A DNA stretch of 64,000 nucleotides. Source: Woeseiaceae bacterium (GTDB lineage Bacteria > Pseudomonadota > Gammaproteobacteria > Steroidobacterales > Woeseiaceae). Under the pieces are notes generated by a model, which saw nothing but the letters and a program-made list of their open reading frames with translations, did not search any database and was not told the DNA's origin. The number at the start of each line of letters is the position of its first letter. The stretch's first letter is position 1. The stretch covers positions 27,178 through 91,177 of the forward strand of contig WVYQ01000036.1 of the NCBI GenBank assembly GCA_011772865.1, written 5' to 3'. A program made the translations under genes and the position numbers. Of the stretch, positions 61,015-64,000 are shown one piece after another.

Positions 61015-62913
61015 CTAGTTTACCGATTCGTCTGCGCTGCGACCAAAGAATCGCAGGACCGTAAGCAGCACGGCAGCACCGACAACAAGCGATATCCAGG
61101 GCGGCAGCCCGTACCCTGCCGGAATCGTGCCCAGGCCGATAGCAACCATGCCGACGAGCAGTGCATATGGAAGCTGGGTCCGCACGTGCTCGATGTGGTC
61201 GCACCCGCTCGCAATCGAAGACAGCACCGTCGTGTCCGAAATGGGCGAACAGTGATCTCCCCACACCGCGCCGGCCAGTACGCAGGCAATCGCCGAGTAC
61301 ATGATGTGCATGCCCGACGCATCTGCCACGCCTGCCACGGTCATAACCGCCCACGTCAACGGCAACACGAGAGGCAGCAGGATGCCCATCGTGCCCCAGC
61401 TCGTGCCCGTAGAGAACGCCGTAATCGCAGCCAGGACGAATACGACCGCAGGCACAAGAGCGGCCGGCAGCGTATCGCCGAGGATCGATATCAGGTAGCC
61501 CTTGGCGTTGAGATCCGTCGTCACCGCCGACATCGACCATGCGAGGATCAGCACGATCATGCCAAACAGTGTCGCCCGAGCACCGCCGTACCAGGCGTCG
61601 ACGGTTTCGTGCGCGCTCAGGATTTTCTGGCCTATCGACATGCCGGCTGCGACCAGCGCGCCGATAAACGAGGCCCACATCATCGCCGTGTACGGGTCGG
61701 CCGACCCGACGATGTCGGTGAGCGTCTCGCCCTCACCCGTAATGATCATGCCTGCACCCAGGGCCACGATCAGGATCAGGATAGGCAGAAACGCGTTGAT
61801 CGGTCGCATCGGTACGTCCGGCTTGGCATCCAGTGTGTCGCCGTCCATCGCGGGCATGGGATCCACGGCATGCGGCTGCACCTGGCCCTTCCGCGCCCTG
61901 ACCTCAGCCTTGTACATCGGCCCCATGTCACGACCACTGGCCGAAATCGCAAGCACGAACAATACGGCCAGGATCGGGTAAAAGCTGTACGGGATCGAGT
62001 GCAGGAACATCGAGTAGGCCGTCATCCCCGAAAGGCCATCAATATCTGTCATCGCCTGGTCGATCAGGCTGACCTGGTAGCCGATCCAGGTGGTCACGAG
62101 CGCGAGGCAGACGACCGGGGCCGCCGTCGAGTCGACAAGGTAGGCCAGCTTTTCGCGGGATATCTTCAGATGATCAGTAATCGACCGTGCCGTGTTGCCG
62201 ACAACGAGCGTATTCGCGTAGTCGTCGAAAAAGATCATCAGACCCATGAGCCAGACAGCCACCTGACCGCCGATAGCGGTCTTCGCCCTGCTCACGACGA
62301 CACGCACGATACTGGCCATTCCACCGTTGCGAGTGATGATGCCGACCATGCCGCCGATCATCATCGTGAACAGAATGATCGCCGCATGATCGGGATTGGC
62401 GAGGGCATTCACGATAAAGACCGTGAAAACCTCGAGGAGGCCTTTCAATGCGCCGAGTGGCGAAAAGCTTTGCAAGGCCGTCGAACCGAGCCACAGTCCC
62501 AGCAGCAGGGCCGGTACGACGTTGCGAATGATGAGGGCGACCGCGATGGCAAGAAACGCCGGCATCAGCGAGATCCATCCCGGCAGAACCCTGAGGTCGA
62601 CAGCAGTCACATCGCCGTTGGATCTCGCCGTTATCGCCACAGTCCCTGTCGCGGTGCGGGTCAGGTCGCCAAACGTTGCCCGGCCCGATTCGTCGGCAAC
62701 ACCTCGATGACTCGTGTCACCGATGTCCAGCGAGACATCACTCCCCGCCGCGGCATCCGTGACGACGATCTCGAAGGGTACCGACTGCAAGGCGATATTC
62801 GGCGCAGCGACATCGAGCGCATGACCGGCAGGTGGCAACACCGCCAGCATTAGAAGCATCAGTCGAAGAAGAGGCTGCTTGCTGCGTTTATTGATTTTAT
62901 TGGCCCCACGCAC
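61015..62913 (-). CDS. NhaC-family transporter with an N-terminal extracytoplasmic beta-rich domain
   Basis: Start proposed at GTG 62913 (or ATG 62859), giving a signal peptide ...KRSKQPLLRLMLLMLAVLPPAGHA. The family motif FFDDYANTLVVGNTARSITDHLKISREKLAYLVDSTAAPV is present. Many TM helices. Confidence 0.75.
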   Translation of the reverse strand: MRGANKINKRSKQPLLRLMLLMLAVLPPAGHALDVAAPNIALQSVPFEIVVTDAAAGSDVSLDIGDTSHRGVADESGRATFGDLTRTATGTVAITARSNGDVTAVDLRVLPGWISLMPAFLAIAVALIIRNVVPALLLGLWLGSTALQSFSPLGALKGLLEVFTVFIVNALANPDHAAIILFTMMIGGMVGIITRNGGMASIVRVVVSRAKTAIGGQVAVWLMGLMIFFDDYANTLVVGNTARSITDHLKISREKLAYLVDSTAAPVVCLALVTTWIGYQVSLIDQAMTDIDGLSGMTAYSMFLHSIPYSFYPILAVLFVLAISASGRDMGPMYKAEVRARKGQVQPHAVDPMPAMDGDTLDAKPDVPMRPINAFLPILILIVALGAGMIITGEGETLTDIVGSADPYTAMMWASFIGALVAAGMSIGQKILSAHETVDAWYGGARATLFGMIVLILAWSMSAVTTDLNAKGYLISILGDTLPAALVPAVVFVLAAITAFSTGTSWGTMGILLPLVLPLTWAVMTVAGVADASGMHIMYSAIACVLAGAVWGDHCSPISDTTVLSSIASGCDHIEHVRTQLPYALLVGMVAIGLGTIPAGYGLPPWISLVVGAAVLLTVLRFFGRSADESVN

Positions 62914-62953
62914 CGCTTGGCGGCATGGTAGCACGCTGTACAATGGCCCAGCC

Positions 62954-64000
62954 ATGGCAAAAAACAAAAAGAACCCGTTGCGGGCCGAGCTCTCGCGCTT
63001 GCTGCGCAAGCACCCCAGGACTGCCACGATGGAGCTGCTGCTCCCGGATATCCTCGGTATCCTGCGCGGCAAACGCATCCGTCGTCCGAGTTTCGAAAAG
63101 ACCTGCGACGAAGGCTTCTCTTTCTGCGCCGGGACAACGCTGATGAGTTCGCTCGGAGAAGTGTTGCCCGGCATGATTGGCGACGGCGACGGCGACCCGG
63201 ATATACCCTGCTATCTCGTGCCCGGATCCCTGGCGCCGATACCGTGGGTGAAACGACCGACCCTGCAAGCCCTGTTCCGTATGTACGACGTCACGGGCGA
63301 GCCGTTTTTTGGCGACTCGCGCGCTGTGCTCGAGCGCGCGATCGAGCCGCTCGGGAAGATGGGGCTCAGCGTCGTCATGGCAACCGAACTCGAGTTCTAC
63401 CTGCTGGATGCGAATGCGAGCATGCCGACGCAGAAATCGTCCGAGGTGCCGGGACTGGGCCGTCCACAGCCCGGCCCCCAGGTCTATATTCCCGATGACC
63501 TCTGGGATATCGAGTCATTCATGAATGACCTCTATGACGCCTGTGAAGCGCAGGGGATTCCCGCCGACACGGCGACATCGGAATACGCGCCCGCGCAATT
63601 TGAAATCAATCTCGTGCATGTGGACGACCCGGTGCTTGCCTGCGATCACGCAGTGCTGCTCAAACGTGCGATCAAGGCCATCGCCAAAAAACACGGATTC
63701 GTCGCATGCTTCATGGCCAAGCCGTTTGCCGAGGATTCCGGCAACGGTCTGCACATCCACATGAGCCTCGTGGACAGGAACGGCAAGAACTACTTCTCGC
63801 ACGGCCGCGACAAGCTTGCCAGCCCGCCGTTCTCGGCACGCCTCCAGCACGCTGTGGGCGGACTTCTGAAGACGATGCCCGAAGCGACCGCAATCTTCGC
63901 CCCCAATGCGAATTCGTATCGCCGCCTGCAACCCGAGTACTTTGCACCGGTCGATCTCAACTGGGGCGTCAACCATCGCGCCGTGGCGATTCGCATTCCC
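62954..64000 (+). CDS. Second glutamine-synthetase-family (gamma-glutamyl-amine synthetase-like) protein; the 3' end runs off the window
   Basis: Absent from the ORF track because there is no stop in the window. From ATG 62954 it reads MAKNKKNPLRAELSRLLRKHPRTATMELLLPDILGILRGKRI...TSEYAPAQFEINLVH...GNGLHIHMSLVD...NSYRRL, which are GS catalytic-domain motifs. Open through 64000 (349 codons). Confidence 0.8.
   Translation, partial: MAKNKKNPLRAELSRLLRKHPRTATMELLLPDILGILRGKRIRRPSFEKTCDEGFSFCAGTTLMSSLGEVLPGMIGDGDGDPDIPCYLVPGSLAPIPWVKRPTLQALFRMYDVTGEPFFGDSRAVLERAIEPLGKMGLSVVMATELEFYLLDANASMPTQKSSEVPGLGRPQPGPQVYIPDDLWDIESFMNDLYDACEAQGIPADTATSEYAPAQFEINLVHVDDPVLACDHAVLLKRAIKAIAKKHGFVACFMAKPFAEDSGNGLHIHMSLVDRNGKNYFSHGRDKLASPPFSARLQHAVGGLLKTMPEATAIFAPNANSYRRLQPEYFAPVDLNWGVNHRAVAIRIP

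Noticed and set aside
61009-62853. A 614-aa + strand ORF, together with similar long ORFs 57471..58784, 22272..23321, 14147..15226, 28600..29568, 16459..17382, 44873..45739 and 19647..20492.
   Set aside because: All are antisense to genes with strong family motifs. They are Arg/His/Pro-rich, low-complexity and motif-free, which is the usual open antisense frame of high-GC coding DNA.

Overview
This is a 64-kb, high-GC proteobacterial chromosome segment. Gene content and order (ndk-isc genes, trmJ/suhB, secDF-yajC-tgt-queA, xerD-dsbC, glnS/thrS, moa genes) fit a Gammaproteobacterium best; I cannot name the taxon. I call about 62 protein genes, two of which run off the window edges and are absent from the ORF track (ndk at the left, a glutamine-synthetase-family gene at the right), plus one tRNA-Leu(CAA). 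I found no rRNA, CRISPR array, transposase, or integrase other than housekeeping xerD. Most of the window is ordinary core metabolism: Fe-S assembly, Sec translocon, queuosine, Moco biosynthesis, fatty-acid and branched-chain catabolism, large NAD-GDH, two aaRS genes, and polyamine catabolism. Four things stand out. (1) An AT-richer island (about 3959-8495) lies between suhB and secF. It is built of single-gene modules (ParA-like ATPase, bactofilin, two paralogous N-anchored proteins, a small membrane peptide, a secreted ThuA-like protein), each separated by a copy of a composite palindromic repeat whose stems show compensatory changes. (2) A 1024-aa protein directly after thrS, where infC normally sits, combines two cytoplasmic receiver-like domains (the first lacks the phospho-acceptor Asp), a Pro/Lys repeat, one TM helix, periplasmic helical repeats and a TonB C-terminal domain. 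(3) An apparent TonB-dependent-receptor / nitrilase / cysteine-synthase::glutaredoxin-fusion operon, in which the nitrilase lacks a canonical start codon. (4) Smaller oddities include a degenerate IscU-like protein, a complementary-degenerate acyl-CoA dehydrogenase pair, and an ECF sigma / anti-sigma / double-PDZ module. All functional calls come from motif recognition by eye with no database search. Many long ORFs in the track are antisense shadows typical of high-GC DNA and were rejected.
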